A stretch of 64,000 nt of DNA from Neoconidiobolus thromboides FSU 785. Lineage: Eukaryota > Fungi > Entomophthoromycota. Below are positions 12,356 to 24,147 of the stretch, one piece after another. The notes under the pieces are model-generated. The model saw only the letters and a list, made by a program, of their open reading frames with translations. It had not been told where the DNA came from and made no database searches. The stretch's first letter is position 1. Each line of letters opens with the position of its first letter. The position numbers were made by a program, and so were the translations under genes. The DNA lies in NCBI GenBank assembly GCA_025603075.1, contig MU626328.1, forward strand, positions 33,522 through 97,521, read 5' to 3'.

Positions 12356-15300
12356 TTAAATTCTTAACTTTTCATAGATGCTATAAACTTTACTTGCAGT
12401 AACTTGATTGGGCCAAAATGCTGCAACGCTACCCCATAAGGCTTTTTTCCATTGGCGATGATCAGTTGATTTATGTAATCCGCTAAGTATGCCTTCAATG
12501 TGTTTTCCAATTTTAGGCAGGCATGCTTTAATAATTTGGACTTTTTCTTGCCCGTTAGCTAACTTAGCTTCATCTCGAAGTTTACGAAGCTCCCTTTTAA
12601 CTGGCCTTAAGATCTTGATACACTCTTTATCATCAGGTACCTCCTCAGCGTTAGTATCGTTGGAATGAAATCCATTTTGTTCACTAGTTTTAGATTTTTT
12701 GCTTCCTTTATTTACAATATCTGATGATCCTTGATCAGCACCTCTCTTATGTTTAGAGGTCCTCCTTTTAGCCTTTTCCTCTACGTATTTAGCAAACGTC
12801 TTAAGAAGATATTCTCCACGGCGTACTAAATGAGTAGGCCTTGGCACATTAGGAACGTCTGAGTCTGATAAAAATAGCTTCTTGGATAGCTTCAAAGTAG
12901 GATCTTCTTTGATTTTAGCCCAATTACCAAACCCATGTCGATAAATACCTAATAAAAGACGTTCGTCGTCTTCTATTCCCCAATCAACACTCCAGTTGGT
13001 TACTGGACGAATTTCCATTCGAAGATGAATGTTTGATTTACTATGACTGATCATATAATCATGAAGTAAAGGAAAATCATAAACCCTTTGAAGGACTGAT
13101 TGAACGTTAATACCATCTAAACCTTCAAATTCTAAAAGATGAGCTTTTCGTGATTGGAGAGGTCGATTTGCTTCTTCATAATCTTGGCACATAGAAACGA
13201 TAGAGTTCATTTTAGAAATAAAGGTGGCACGATCAATATGTGAAAGATTTCCCTCGGTAACTATACTGTCGAAACGTTCAGGGATGTTTCCAAACTTCAA
13301 CAACCCACGGTAAATAGCTCGGAGATCTTTAGTTGTAAGGGCAACATTTTTGCTTTTACGTGGTTTAGGATTTGTAGTCCCATTGTTTGCTACCACAGTG
13401 CTATTATCTATTTGATAGTTAACCTGCTTACGTTGACGTGATCCCAATAAATTTTCAGCCCCGACACTTTCCTCTTCTTCCTCGACTTTAGTACGCTCGT
13501 GCTCAGGAATAATTTGATCCCATGCCATACCATCATCTTCATAATCAGCCACTTCAAATTGTTTTAGAAAAGCTTCACCACCATTAAGAGACGTTTGACC
13601 CATTGTTGTTTCTGTTTTTTCAGCAGAAGAAAGAATCTCATCTAGAGAAAGTTCAGAGCTTTTATTTTTTGTTTCATCACCATTAAACATACGTGCAGCA
13701 CCAAACTTAAGGATAGCTTGAAGTTCTTCTCTACTAAATGGATTATTTTTATTGGCAGATGGTCCTTTTTGTAACATCTTTTGACCAGAGGTATCCATTT
13801 GATTAATAACGCAAAATTCAAGCACCATCTTGCGTTTAGCCCTTTCCAAAATTTCTTCTTCCATAGTACTTTTAGAAATGAAACGATATACATTGACATG
13901 CTTTTTCTGTCCAATACGATGTGCTCTAGCCATTGCTTGCAAATCGTTTTGTGGATTCCAATCAGAGTCAAAAATAATTACTGTATCAGCAGTTTCTAGA
14001 TTGATACCCAAGCCCCCAGCTCTAGTTGAAAGAAGGAAAATAAAATCTGGAGATCCTGGAGCATTGAAATGTTCAATCGATTTTTTACGTGCTTCAGATC
14101 CGACACTACCATCTAGCCTTTGATAAGGGTATCCTTTTAGTGCTGAATAATCTGCCAAAATGTCAAGTAGACGAACCATTTGAGAGAAAATAAGGACCCT
14201 TGATCCATTTTCTTTTAAGCGATCAAGTAACTTGTCGAGGAGCATCATCTTTCCGCTATTTGCAATTAACCCATGAAGCTGCTCTTTGCGAGAAATTTCA
14301 TGAGGTTCAGCATTAGGAAAAAGATAAGGATGATTGCTTGCTTTTTTTAATTCAGCACAGACGTTTAATAAACTCATTTGATTACCCCCGCTAGAGCCTT
14401 TGTTTAGGGCAGCAAAATTTTTAGCAAGTATATTTTTATAATAATGTACTTGGAGGGGAGTAAGCTCAACACGGAGTGTAAGTTCTGTTTTTTTTGGCAA
14501 AGAATGCTCTACATCCTTTTTAAGTCGACGAAGCATATAACTTTCAAGTTTGTTGTGCAATTCACGGATTTTCTCTTCTTGACCTTCTGACTCCTCAGTG
14601 AAAATGTTATCATAGGCATCACTTATATCAAACTTATCTGGCATTAAGAAATGAACTAATGCACTAAGTTCTTTTATCGAATTCTGTAATGGAGTACCAG
14701 TAATAAGCATACGGTTAGTAGTGTTAAATCCTTTAAGCGCTTCATGCAACTGTGATTCACTATTTTTCAATCGATGGGCTTCATCTACAGCTAAAAAGGC
14801 CCATCTTATTGACCCCAGTTCTAATTTATCTTTAAGTACTAGTTCAAAGGTAGTAAGAAGGACATTGAATTTTAGCTTTTTTGTTTTTGGGACGTAAAAT
14901 TCATGCTCGCGAAGTACATTACGGCTTTCTCCATCTCCTGTATAACAAATAGTATTCATATCTGGTGCCCACCTTCCAAATTCTCTGTGCCATGCACCAA
15001 TAGTAGACAATGGCACTACGACTAAGAAAGGCCCATAAAGCTGCTGAGAATGAAATAAATATGAAAGAAATGATATAGTTTGGATAGTTTTTCCGAGCCC
15101 CATTTCATCTGCCAAGATACCATTCTCATTATTTGACCACTTATGAGCCATCCAATTAACACCAAGAAGCTGATAGTCCCGCAAAGTTCCTCCTGGGAGG
15201 TAATCAGGCTGAGTATCCAATTTTTTAAAAGGGGGTCTATTATTTGCAGTATAACTCTTTCCCCTGGAAGGTATATTACGGTGCTGATTCCTAGTTAAGA

Positions 15301-16832
15301 ATTCTTGGATTTTATCTTGGAACTTTTCCGATATAATCTCAGAAGGCTCCCAGGTGCACCCAGCATAAGGCAAACGTTTCCATTTGCATAGAAACTGAGT
15401 TCCCGATTCGCATTCTTCATAAGGCGTTACTTCTCTTCTAGCAACAATCCTTTCAACTATAGTATAATCAACCAAGACGCTTCTTTCCATTTCAATATTA
15501 ATATTACGTTGTTCAAGGTCTTCTTTCGAGACAGAAGGATCTTCACGGAGAGAGATATCCACAGCAGCGACGTTCTTTACATAATTATCTACTTTCTTAC
15601 TTCCCTTAAATTCTCTTAGGAAGTTGAAATTCTCCCAAGTTCTATGAAGATGACTCCAATTCTTCCACTTGACCAAAAATTCAATGTTCTGTGGGAAGGC
15701 GAGATTGCTTAGTTCTATGAAAAGTTAGGAAGAAAGCATTATCAAGTTAAGCTATTATTACCCTCTGATCCAGCAAAGCGGTAGTCATGGACTGACTCAA
15801 TAACATCCCCTAAAATAAACTTAGATCACTTTAGACTATTAAACTAGATAGTTGCTACCTTCTTCTGCTTCTTGAGCTATAACAGGCCTTTCATCTAAGA
15901 AGTCTACATCAGACAACTCTTCTTCGTTATCATCTTCATTATAGTTTGTAACTTTGCGTGAACGATTTGATGCGCGCACTGGAGAAAAAGATGCTTTTTC
16001 TATACATTCATTAAGTTGACTGAAAAAAGATATAATTAAAATAAATACTTTTGTTTTTACGACCTCCTTTACGCTTAGCGCTACGTCCAGAAGGAGTCCA
16101 ATCATCAGTATCAGTATCAGAAGCTTCATTAGCTACCTCTTCCTCAGAATCACTTTTGACAACTGCTCGTCCTGAAAGACGGATTAAAATTTAAAAAGAA
16201 AAGTTAAATTAGATGTACTTCTAGTATAATTATTCCTCCTTCTTTGAGCAGAAGGTTCAACATATTCTTCATCTGAGTTTTCTGGAGAAGGAGAAGGAGA
16301 AGGGGTAGGAGAATCGTCATCGAATTCAGATTCATTCTATACAGTTATTTTTAGTATAAGGTTTTTTTAATATAGTAGTGTTTTACATTTTTATAAGCAA
16401 CATGTTTAATCTCAGAATTCTTATCAGACATTGTTTCAGATTCTTCAAGTTCTTCCTGCATAGCATCATATGCCTCGTCTGCTAGTCCTTTAATTTCGTT
16501 ATAACTATCAGCGCTGGAATTGTCACTTTTATAAGCTAAATTACTAGCACCGTTATGATTATATGAAACAAGAGGCGATTCATTATCAGAACTATTATCT
16601 AAATTATAAATTAGAACAGAAGAAGTGAAGCTTTATTTTCTATGTGTGTATGTAAGTTCTATATTGGGTTAAGTATTCAAAACGACCAATATTTAAACAA
16701 AAAGAATTTTTGTGTGTAAGTGGCTATTTTGAATAATGCCAATAGCAAAAATGGTTTAATAATAAATTTATGTGACCATTAATGAGAAAGAAGTAAGAAA
16801 AAAAAAATGCCTGGGCTGGCTTTACCTTTCAT
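12356..16832 (-). CDS. CHD1: Chromodomain-helicase-DNA-binding remodeler CHD1
   Basis: Two chromodomains (FLVKWKNWSHLHRTWE; FLCKWKRLPYAGCTWE), SNF2 ATPase (ILADEMGLGKT, DEAH, QAMARAHRIGQ), SANT/SLIDE region (LLLGIYRHGFGNW) and C-terminal helical domain. The proposed first exon ATG AAA G|GTAAAG at 16832-16826 splices in frame to 16598; that start is inferred. Confidence 0.95.
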
Positions 16833-18069
16833 TCTAGGCGTAAATAATGTTTTAAAATGCCAATTTCTAGGAAAATAACCTGAGATTATTACAAATTCTT
16901 TACTTTGTTGTTATGATATTATTTAACCAATCATTCTCCTTGGTCATACTGCTCCTGAATTGTATTTCAAGAGACTTAGCAAATGATTGAATGAATATCT
17001 AGATGAAGCATCTAAGCCATTGGTTTTCGTTTTACCCCAAAACTACTAAAGTTTCCCCAACCCAGCAAGTTAGTCTAGCAATTGCAAAAAATGATCCTAA
17101 AAATAACTTTAGGCGAGTTTAAGTGAAAGAGCCTTAAATGTGAAAATTCAGGCTAATTATTATTCGCCTTGAAAGTAGATTTAGCAGCTATTTTTTGTTA
17201 CATGTCAAAAGCTGATAGTCTGGTTTATCTATAAAAAATTTAAAGGGATGGCTAGGAAATGTGAAAAGCAGAAGAATTGGAACAGAAACTTCAAGGCCCT
17301 TAACAAAATGCTTCTGCTCTGCTTTTATTTACACATCATAAATTCGTTTATAGTTGCTGAAGCTTTGAATGCTTTCGATAATGATAAAACTATATACATA
17401 AAATATCAAAGACATTAAAAACTAATAAACAAACAATTCATTATAATTCGAATAACAAACTCTAAATATTGATTTAATAATGAGTGTTTAACAGCTTTAA
17501 TGCTACAGTCCCATGTTAGAGTGAACCTTATAAAGTCGAAGCTTTGTGAATGATTTACGAACTATAAAAGCTATAAGACCACCTAATAATCTATTACATC
17601 AATATAAAAAGTTATTTTAAATTAAAGTATAAATATTAGATTTGTAAAGCTAGCAGACAATTTATAGTATTATCTTTAAATTCATACTTATAAAGCTTCA
17701 TCATATTATATTGTGTTTTTTTCGTAATTTCAGAATACCTGTTTGTTCTTTTTTTTGCTATAGTTATTTGAGATATATCTTATAATGCAAACAAGTATTG
17801 TTTAATATTAATAGAATTATATACCTATAGATCATAACGTTTTTATCAATCTTTAAAATTTTACTAACAAAATTAAGTTTAGAGTTTGGAAATGTAACTA
17901 TTAATTTTTTATTTATTTTATGGACTTGTATTAAACTATAGTTTATAAAAATATCCTGCATATTATGTATATTATTTATCAACTTTAATAATTGATTGCT
18001 TTTATACAATAAACAGTCTTTTTAATTATTTTTAGATACTTAAGATTTTAATGTTCAAAGATGACAACA

Positions 18070-18168
18070 TATGGGGTGTTTTTTTGGCTTCATTACTTTT
18101 CCATATTTTAAATATAAAAATACATCTAATAAATTTTATGCTCAAATAGCGCTCAAGAATTTTATTAA
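18070..18168. mobile_element. Rearranged, internally deleted MITE-like copy
   Basis: The 5' TIR TATGGGGTGTTTT joins directly to the 3' TIR AAAAATACATCT. Inverted, permuted internal pieces follow (GCTCAAATAGCGCT, AAGAATTTTATTAACA). Confidence 0.6.
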
Positions 18169-18170
18169 CA

Positions 18171-18272
18171 TATGGGGATGTATTTTTTAGTTAATAATTT
18201 TACCAACAATTTTCCTGCTCAAACAGAGCTTAAAAATGGAAAAAGTAACGAAACCGAAAAACATCCCCTCTA
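18171..18272 (-). mobile_element. MITE-like copy (B), just downstream of tRNA-Gln
   Basis: TATGGGGATGTATTTTT...CCTGCTCAAACAGAGCTTAAAAATGG...AAAACATCCCC. Confidence 0.8.
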
Positions 18273-18335
18273 TTCTTTCAAAATATTTAAAGGACTGATT
18301 ATATTAGGTCATGAAAAAAGTTAAATCTACACTGA

Positions 18336-18407
18336 AGGTCCCACCGAGAATCGAACTCGGATTACAAGGATCAAAACCTTGGGTGCTAACCATTACACCA
18401 TGGAACC
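18336..18407 (-). tRNA. tRNA-Gln (TTG)
   Basis: Reverse complement GGTTCCATGGTGTAATGGTTAGCACCCAAGGTTTTGATCCTTGTAATCCGAGTTCGATTCTCGGTGGGACCT: 72 nt cloverleaf, anticodon stem CAAGG/CCTTG, TTCGA T-loop. Confidence 0.95.
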
Positions 18408-18906
18408 ATTTTATATATAGCTATCTTTTCAAGTATATAATTAACATCTAGATTACAGCTTTATATTACTTTAACTTCTGACTTTTCAGCCAACTCAGTT
18501 TAAAAAAAATTTATGTTAAAATTTTTTTATCAACAATCTTTTTAAAATAACTAACAAGAACAGAAATGATTGAAAGTTTTTATTTAAGCTAATTAGTTTT
18601 GATTGTGATATTATATCTTTTATTTATTTTCAAGTTAATTATTACCATCATTTTTTTAGTTTATTAAATAAGTCTGACAACTTAATAAATTAAAGCTATA
18701 TATAGGGATGTATTTAGTAAGCTAAACAAAAATTGCAAGTTTTATTTAATAATTGTGATTATTTTATTAAAAAGGTTTCTGATAACTTTTGTAGTAATAA
18801 TTATAAAATTTCAATTTTTATCTTTAAAAAAATTAGCTTAAGGATTTTTGAATTCTTAAATTTTCAAAAATATTAATTTATTAATTTATTAATTTATTAT
18901 AGTTTA

Positions 18907-18970
18907 TATGGGGCTGTTTTTTTTAGTTTCATCACTTTTTTCATTTTTTAAGCACTATTTGAGCGGAAAG
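18907..18970 (+). mobile_element. 5' half of a MITE-like copy (A), truncated by the adjacent insert
   Basis: TATGGGGCTGTTTT...AAGCACTATTTGAGCGGAAAG, then an abrupt switch to unrelated sequence. Confidence 0.75.
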
Positions 18971-19434
18971 TGTGAAATCTGGTACTCAGGGTTTGGAGTC
19001 AAGAACAGCTATTGCTGGGTTGACTACACTATAAGTCGAAAGGTCTTAGTTTATGTGACTAAGATAGACTTGGATTATGAGGAATAGCACGTAATAGGTT
19101 ACAAGCTATATAAGACAAATAGAATAGACAATACTAATGTAAAATCTATGTAAAATACTATTAAGAAAACTTAGTGGCTTTATTAAATGTTCGAGATATC
19201 AGGGAATAATTCAGTTAAAAAGTCTCAAACTATTATACTCTGTAAACTCTTTTATACTCTGAAAAGTATAAATATCAAAGCGAGAAGATAATACTCTTTG
19301 GGATGAAGTTAGAAATTCTCATAGCAAATCAAAATAAGACCATGGGATTGATTGTCTCCGAACTCGAGAACACAACAACTTAAGTGATTATTATGCTATA
19401 ATCAATTATGGAGCTGATAAAGTGACATTTCACA
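18971..19434. mobile_element. Solo-LTR-like insert (464 bp)
   Basis: Bounded by TG...CA with a perfect 8-bp terminal inverted repeat TGTGAAAT/ATTTCACA. GC is higher than the flanks and there is an internal TATATAAG. No target-site duplication is visible. Confidence 0.5.
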
Positions 19435-19662
19435 ATAAACTTAAACAATTTAATTGAGTTTTTAACTAACATTGAAAAAACTTAATAGCTTTATTAAAAG
19501 TATAATATTAGGAAATAATTTAATAAAAAAGTTTTAGGTTGTTATATTAAAGAATTTTTTTATATTCTAACTAGGTGATTATATATAACACGATAGCAGT
19601 TATTTTTATTATAGTTACCGGATGCAAATATCAAAATAAAAGAGAATGTTTTTTATAATTAA

Positions 19663-19757
19663 ATGGGAGTGTTTTTTTGGCTTCATTGTTTTTTAAGTGC
19701 TATTTAAGCGGAAAATTTGTTAGTAAAATTCTTAAACGCAAAAATACATCTCCAAAT
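19663..19757 (+). mobile_element. MITE-like copy (A)
   Basis: TGGGAGTGTTTTTTTGG...AAGTGCTATTTAAGCGGAAAATTTGTTAGTAAAATTCTTAAACGCAAAAATACATCTCCA. Confidence 0.8.
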
Positions 19758-19954
19758 AGTAAATATTTTATAATAAATTAAAATAAAGAACATTTTGTAA
19801 TAAAGAAATAGAAGCGTAGTCTAAAATCTAGTTATATAATATTTTATTATATCTTAAATAGAAATAACTATTTATGTAGCATTGTAGCCTTAAATAAACT
19901 TGATAGCTATATATTTTAATTTATATAAATAAAATAAACTTTTTATAGGTATAA

Positions 19955-20058
19955 TATGGGGATGTATTTTCGTGTTTAAGAATTTTACTAACAATTTTTC
20001 CACTCAAATAGTACTTAAAAGATGGAAAAGTAATAAAGCCAAAAAAAAGCATCTTCAA
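19955..20058 (-). mobile_element. MITE-like copy (B)
   Basis: TATGGGGATGTATTTTCGTGTTTAAGAATTTTACTAACAA...CACTCAAATAGTACTTAAAA...GCATCTTCA. Confidence 0.8.
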
Positions 20059-20136
20059 ATGCTTTCTTAGCTGATAATGAATTGAAAAGATTCAAAGTGT
20101 ATAATTAAAACAAACTTATTATATGAAAAAATAATA

Positions 20137-20240
20137 TATGGGGGTGTTTTTTGGGTCCACCACTTTTTACATCTTTTAAGGACTATTTAGGTGAGAAAAA
20201 TTGTTAGTAAAATTCTTAAACACGAAAATACATCCCCATA
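20137..20240 (+). mobile_element. MITE-like copy (A)
   Basis: TATGGGGGTGTTTTTT...TTGTTAGTAAAATTCTTAAACACGAAAATACATCCCCATA; best-preserved termini. Confidence 0.85.
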
Positions 20241-21745
20241 TAATAAATAAATAATAAAAAATTGTATAAAAAACTATAAAAAAAGTATTTAAAAATGAAA
20301 ATAAGTTTACCAAAACTAAGTATAATAAAACTTAGAAAAAAGTTATAATAAAAGCCATTAATATTATTTCACATTAAAATGGTATATATAAAAAATGTGT
20401 TATTGGTTGTAATAAAGTGTTATAATTTTTAAACATAAATTTAAAAAAATAAAAATAATGTTTTTCATAATAAATCAATTAATATTTTACAAATATAAAA
20501 CCTGCTTAAAAAAATTAAAAAATCAATATTTACATAAATTAAAAATTTACTTTTTAAACTTTTATAAATTTTTATAAACTTTCATAAACTTTATGTAAGC
20601 TAATATTATACTATTTAAAAATACAAACATTATAGCTAACGATTATATTTTTAACTTTTTTAAGCTGTTATTTTACAATATAAAAATTAATATTTTGTAG
20701 TTATTGTTATATTTTAAATAAGTAAATATATTTAAATCAGTACTTATAACTAAAATTATATTTAATAAATTAAAAGTTATTTAAAGTTATCTATAGCTAA
20801 GTTTAAACATAAAATTAAAAATAAACCTGCTTAAAGATTAAAACAATTAAGCAATATCATGTCTTTATATAGCTGAGTATTAAATTATTAAAGATAAAAA
20901 AATAACATTAAGTTCCATATGGTATTATCAAAATATTATAGTAGGTACTTATATAATATTTTATTTTGGAAAGAAGATATTAGCTATATATGTAAGTTTT
21001 GGAGTTTCTGTTAAATTAAATTAATTGTAGTTAATTATCCAATTAAAAAGCCATTATGTAAATTTTAGCAAATGAGAATAATCGGCTAGAATTCTGGAAT
21101 ATAAAAGGTGGTTTTTTAGATTTTTTTTGATGGAATACTAACCCCTCAAGGGTCTCTAAGTTTTTGTCAAAAGCGACTAAAATTAACTTCTTATACTAAT
21201 AGTATTTTTACACGTTTGATAGCCAATAGATAATATTTAAACGCTAATTGACTTGATTGCTTAAGTTTATGGGTTCACTGGTTAAAAGCTACTTCTGGCC
21301 ATGACATAAATATACGGCATATGCGCTTAATTGTTGGAAATTATATTAAAATATTTTCTAAATTTCGCTAGTATAAACTTCTGTGATATAAGCAATTTCA
21401 ACTAATCAAGTCAGTCCTAAGAAGGCACTGGGTTAATCTGATTAGTTGAAGCTCTCATAGCATGGCTTAAGTTAAATTTGGCAAACAAAAAATTGGTCAC
21501 TCTGTGTTAAATTGATCACAGTAGATAATTGATTTAGATTTATACGTCATCTTCGTTAATGAAAAAAATTGGCTAAATAATAACTGGTTACTATTATTAT
21601 AATTTTATTCAATAAAACTCCGTTTTAAGGATATTTAATTATAAATATTAAATCTAGAATTTAACTGTTAAATTTTAAATTTCAAAAAACTAAAGCATTT
21701 TATTGATAAACGATATTAAGATACTCGAAAAAAGAACATATAAAA

Positions 21746-21909
21746 ATGGCAAGAAAGGCTAACACTGACAACAAAAAGATAGCAAGTAAAGTTAGTACCG
21801 ATAGTAAAAAGATGGGAAGAAAAGTTAATACTAATGATAAAAAGATGGGAAGAAAAGTTAACACTAATGATAAAAAGATGGGAAGAAAAGTTAATACTAA
21901 TGATAAAAA
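21746..21909 (+). repeat. 33-bp coding tandem repeat (KKMGRKVNTND), three near-perfect units plus two degenerate units
   Basis: AAAAAGATGGGAAGAAAAGTTAAYACTAATGAT at 21806, 21839 and 21872. Confidence 0.9.
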
Positions 21910-22948
21910 GGAAGTAAGTGAAAATCTTACGCCAACGAAGAGCGGTAGACCATTGAGATCTAACTCAAGTCTTAAAAAAATTAATATTTTTGAGTTTGCG
22001 GAAATTGATGCTGAAGAAATGATAAAAATCGTTGAGGAATCTTATAATGGTAATTATTTTACTTAATTTTTAAATATTAATTAATTTATAAAAAAAGAAT
22101 CCAGCAATGAAGAAGTTAAATTAGAAATAAAAGAAGAAAGGATTACTGAGAGCATACAAGATGAAAGTGGTATTCAAGAAACAAGGGTAGACAAAAATGA
22201 AGAAAATATTACTAAAGAGATAAAAACAGGTGATAGTACCAAAGAAAAAGCATTAGAAGAAATAGTACAGCAAGAAAATACGGAGGATGTAGAAAAGGAA
22301 AAAAGTAATAATCAAGAGAATGGAAATGGGAAAAATGGGTACCTAGACGCCAATCAAAACGTTGTTGAAGAAAAAATAGCGGAGGGCACAAGAAAAGGAG
22401 AAAGCAGGATCCAAGGAAACATAAATGGGAAGACAGAACATTTTGATACTGAAGAAGAAATAACGGAAGATATAGAAAAAAGAGAAACCAAGATACAAGA
22501 GAGCGTGAGTGTAGAAGATGGGGATACAGAGGACAATCAAAGTAGCACTGAAGAAAAAATAGTAGAGGATACAGGAAAGGTTGAAAGTAAGGTAGAACAT
22601 AATGAAAATGAAGAAAATGGAGATGTAGAGGCTAAGCAAAGTAATGGTGAAGAAAAAATAGCAGAGAAGCTTGAGCAAACTAACTTAAAAAGGTCTCGAG
22701 TAGAAGAAGAAGAAAAAGAAGAAGAAAAAGAAAAAGGAGAAATTATAGCTAAAAGGATACGAGTATTACAGCACGAATGTCCATGTACTAATTCACCTTC
22801 AAAGATACATGTTTACCAGCCATTAGATGAAGGCCATTTCACTTATTATGAACAGTTTATTCGGACTTTAAATCGAATTGCATTTAAAATTCCACCTAGA
22901 TTAAGATGCATTTATTGTGGTCATTCTTATCAAAAAAAATTCTTTTAA
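21746..22948 (+). CDS. Hypothetical protein: basic repeat N-terminus, long acidic linker, Cys/His-rich C-terminal domain
   Basis: Removing intron 22050-22097 (GT...AG) joins the 21746 and 22505 ORFs into one open frame. The C-terminus carries CPC-x40-CIYCGH. Confidence 0.7.
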
Positions 22949-23061
22949 ATCTTTAATCCTTTAAATAAATAATGATATTTTTTTAGTTGAATTTTTTATA
23001 GCTTTTAAAAGTAATATTTAAAGTTACTTAAGTTCTGACAATGAGTCAAATAGAAGTAGAT

Positions 23062-23097
23062 CACTGCTAAATCCACTGCTAAATCCACTGCTAAATC
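23062..23097. repeat. 12-bp minisatellite, three copies
   Basis: CACTGCTAAATC x3. Confidence 0.9.
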
Positions 23098-23436
23098 ACT
23101 TTCAATGTGAATTGATAAAAAGTTGAAATGGTTATTGTATATTGTTAAGCCTTGTTATGTATTTCATAGAGTTTATTTAATCTTTTAAAATTTATTAGAA
23201 AGTAACAAAAGTTGTTAAATAAAGTGAGTGTTGAAAATATTAAAATATCTTCCGTTTTTTATATTTTATAGTGTCTTTAAATACCGCTATTATTAAAGTT
23301 TCTGTGTAGACTATTGATTTAGTATCACTGATCAATAAAAGGAAAAAGCATGAAAAAATTTAATGAAATATCAAAGCGTTTCTTTAATATCCAGCTTTCA
23401 TACAACTTGCCAGTGATTGTACTATTGGAACAATAA

Positions 23437-23540
23437 ATGAGGGTGTTTTTTTTGACTTCATCACTTTTTCCATCTCTTAAGTACTGTTTGAGTGGAAAAA
23501 TTGTCAGTAAAATTCTTAAACACAAAATACATCCTCAATA
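23437..23540 (+). mobile_element. MITE-like copy (A), about 200 bp downstream of tRNA-Val
   Basis: TGAGGGTGTTTTTTTTGACTTCATCAC...TTGTCAGTAAAATTCTTAAACACAAAATACATCCTCA. Confidence 0.8.
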
Positions 23541-23743
23541 TAAAATATGAAGAATAAAATAATTAAAAATAGCTTATTGTACTTTAAATTCTTAACTATT
23601 GAGCTATTTTAATAACAATAATAGAACCACAAACTATAATACAACCAACTAGAAGATCACTTAACTTAGAGAATGATAAAACTTGAATTTTTTTTGTAAC
23701 TTGATATCTTTATCTTCCATAGAAAAAAAACAGATACCGCTTA

Positions 23744-23816
23744 TGTCCCAATCCAGGTTCGAACTGGAGACCTCTTCCGTGTGAAGGAAGCGTGATAACC
23801 ACTACACTATTGAGAC
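23744..23816 (-). tRNA. tRNA-Val (CAC)
   Basis: Reverse complement GTCTCAATAGTGTAGTGGTTATCACGCTTCCTTCACACGGAAGAGGTCTCCAGTTCGAACCTGGATTGGGACA: 73 nt, anticodon stem CTTCC/GGAAG, loop TT-CAC-AC. Confidence 0.95.
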
Positions 23817-24147
23817 TATAGGTTGACGTAACTTGATATTTTAACATATTAAATATCCCAAACAATTTTAATTATCAAATCCTGTATAACATGGTTCCTA
23901 CATTATCAGTATAGGTATCAAAATCAATAAAGATGATTCAAAAACTTATTGAACTACTTTGCTATTAAACATACAAATTTGCTAGTGTTCTTTTTAATTA
24001 ACTTAAGGTACTATAATTTAAAGATTACATCATAGTGACTATAAATATCGATTTTATCAGAACAAAAATTAAACTCCAAAATCAAAAATTCAGAAATCAA
24101 AAATTTATCTTTTCATTTGCAAAAAGCTTCTTTTTTTACTAAAAAGG

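Noticed and set aside
13642-14123. Overlapping alternative-frame and antisense ORFs inside CHD1
   Set aside because: Shadow ORFs of a long, GC-richer coding exon.
16920-17400. GC-richer patch with protein-like fragments (PIILLGHTAPELYFKRL...) upstream of CHD1
   Set aside because: Multiple stops and frameshifts on both strands with no identifiable family; cannot be supported as a pseudogene.
23062-23097. Short direct repeats as a CRISPR-like array
   Set aside because: Contiguous 12-bp units without spacers, eukaryotic context, no cas genes. The dispersed MITE copies are likewise not an array.
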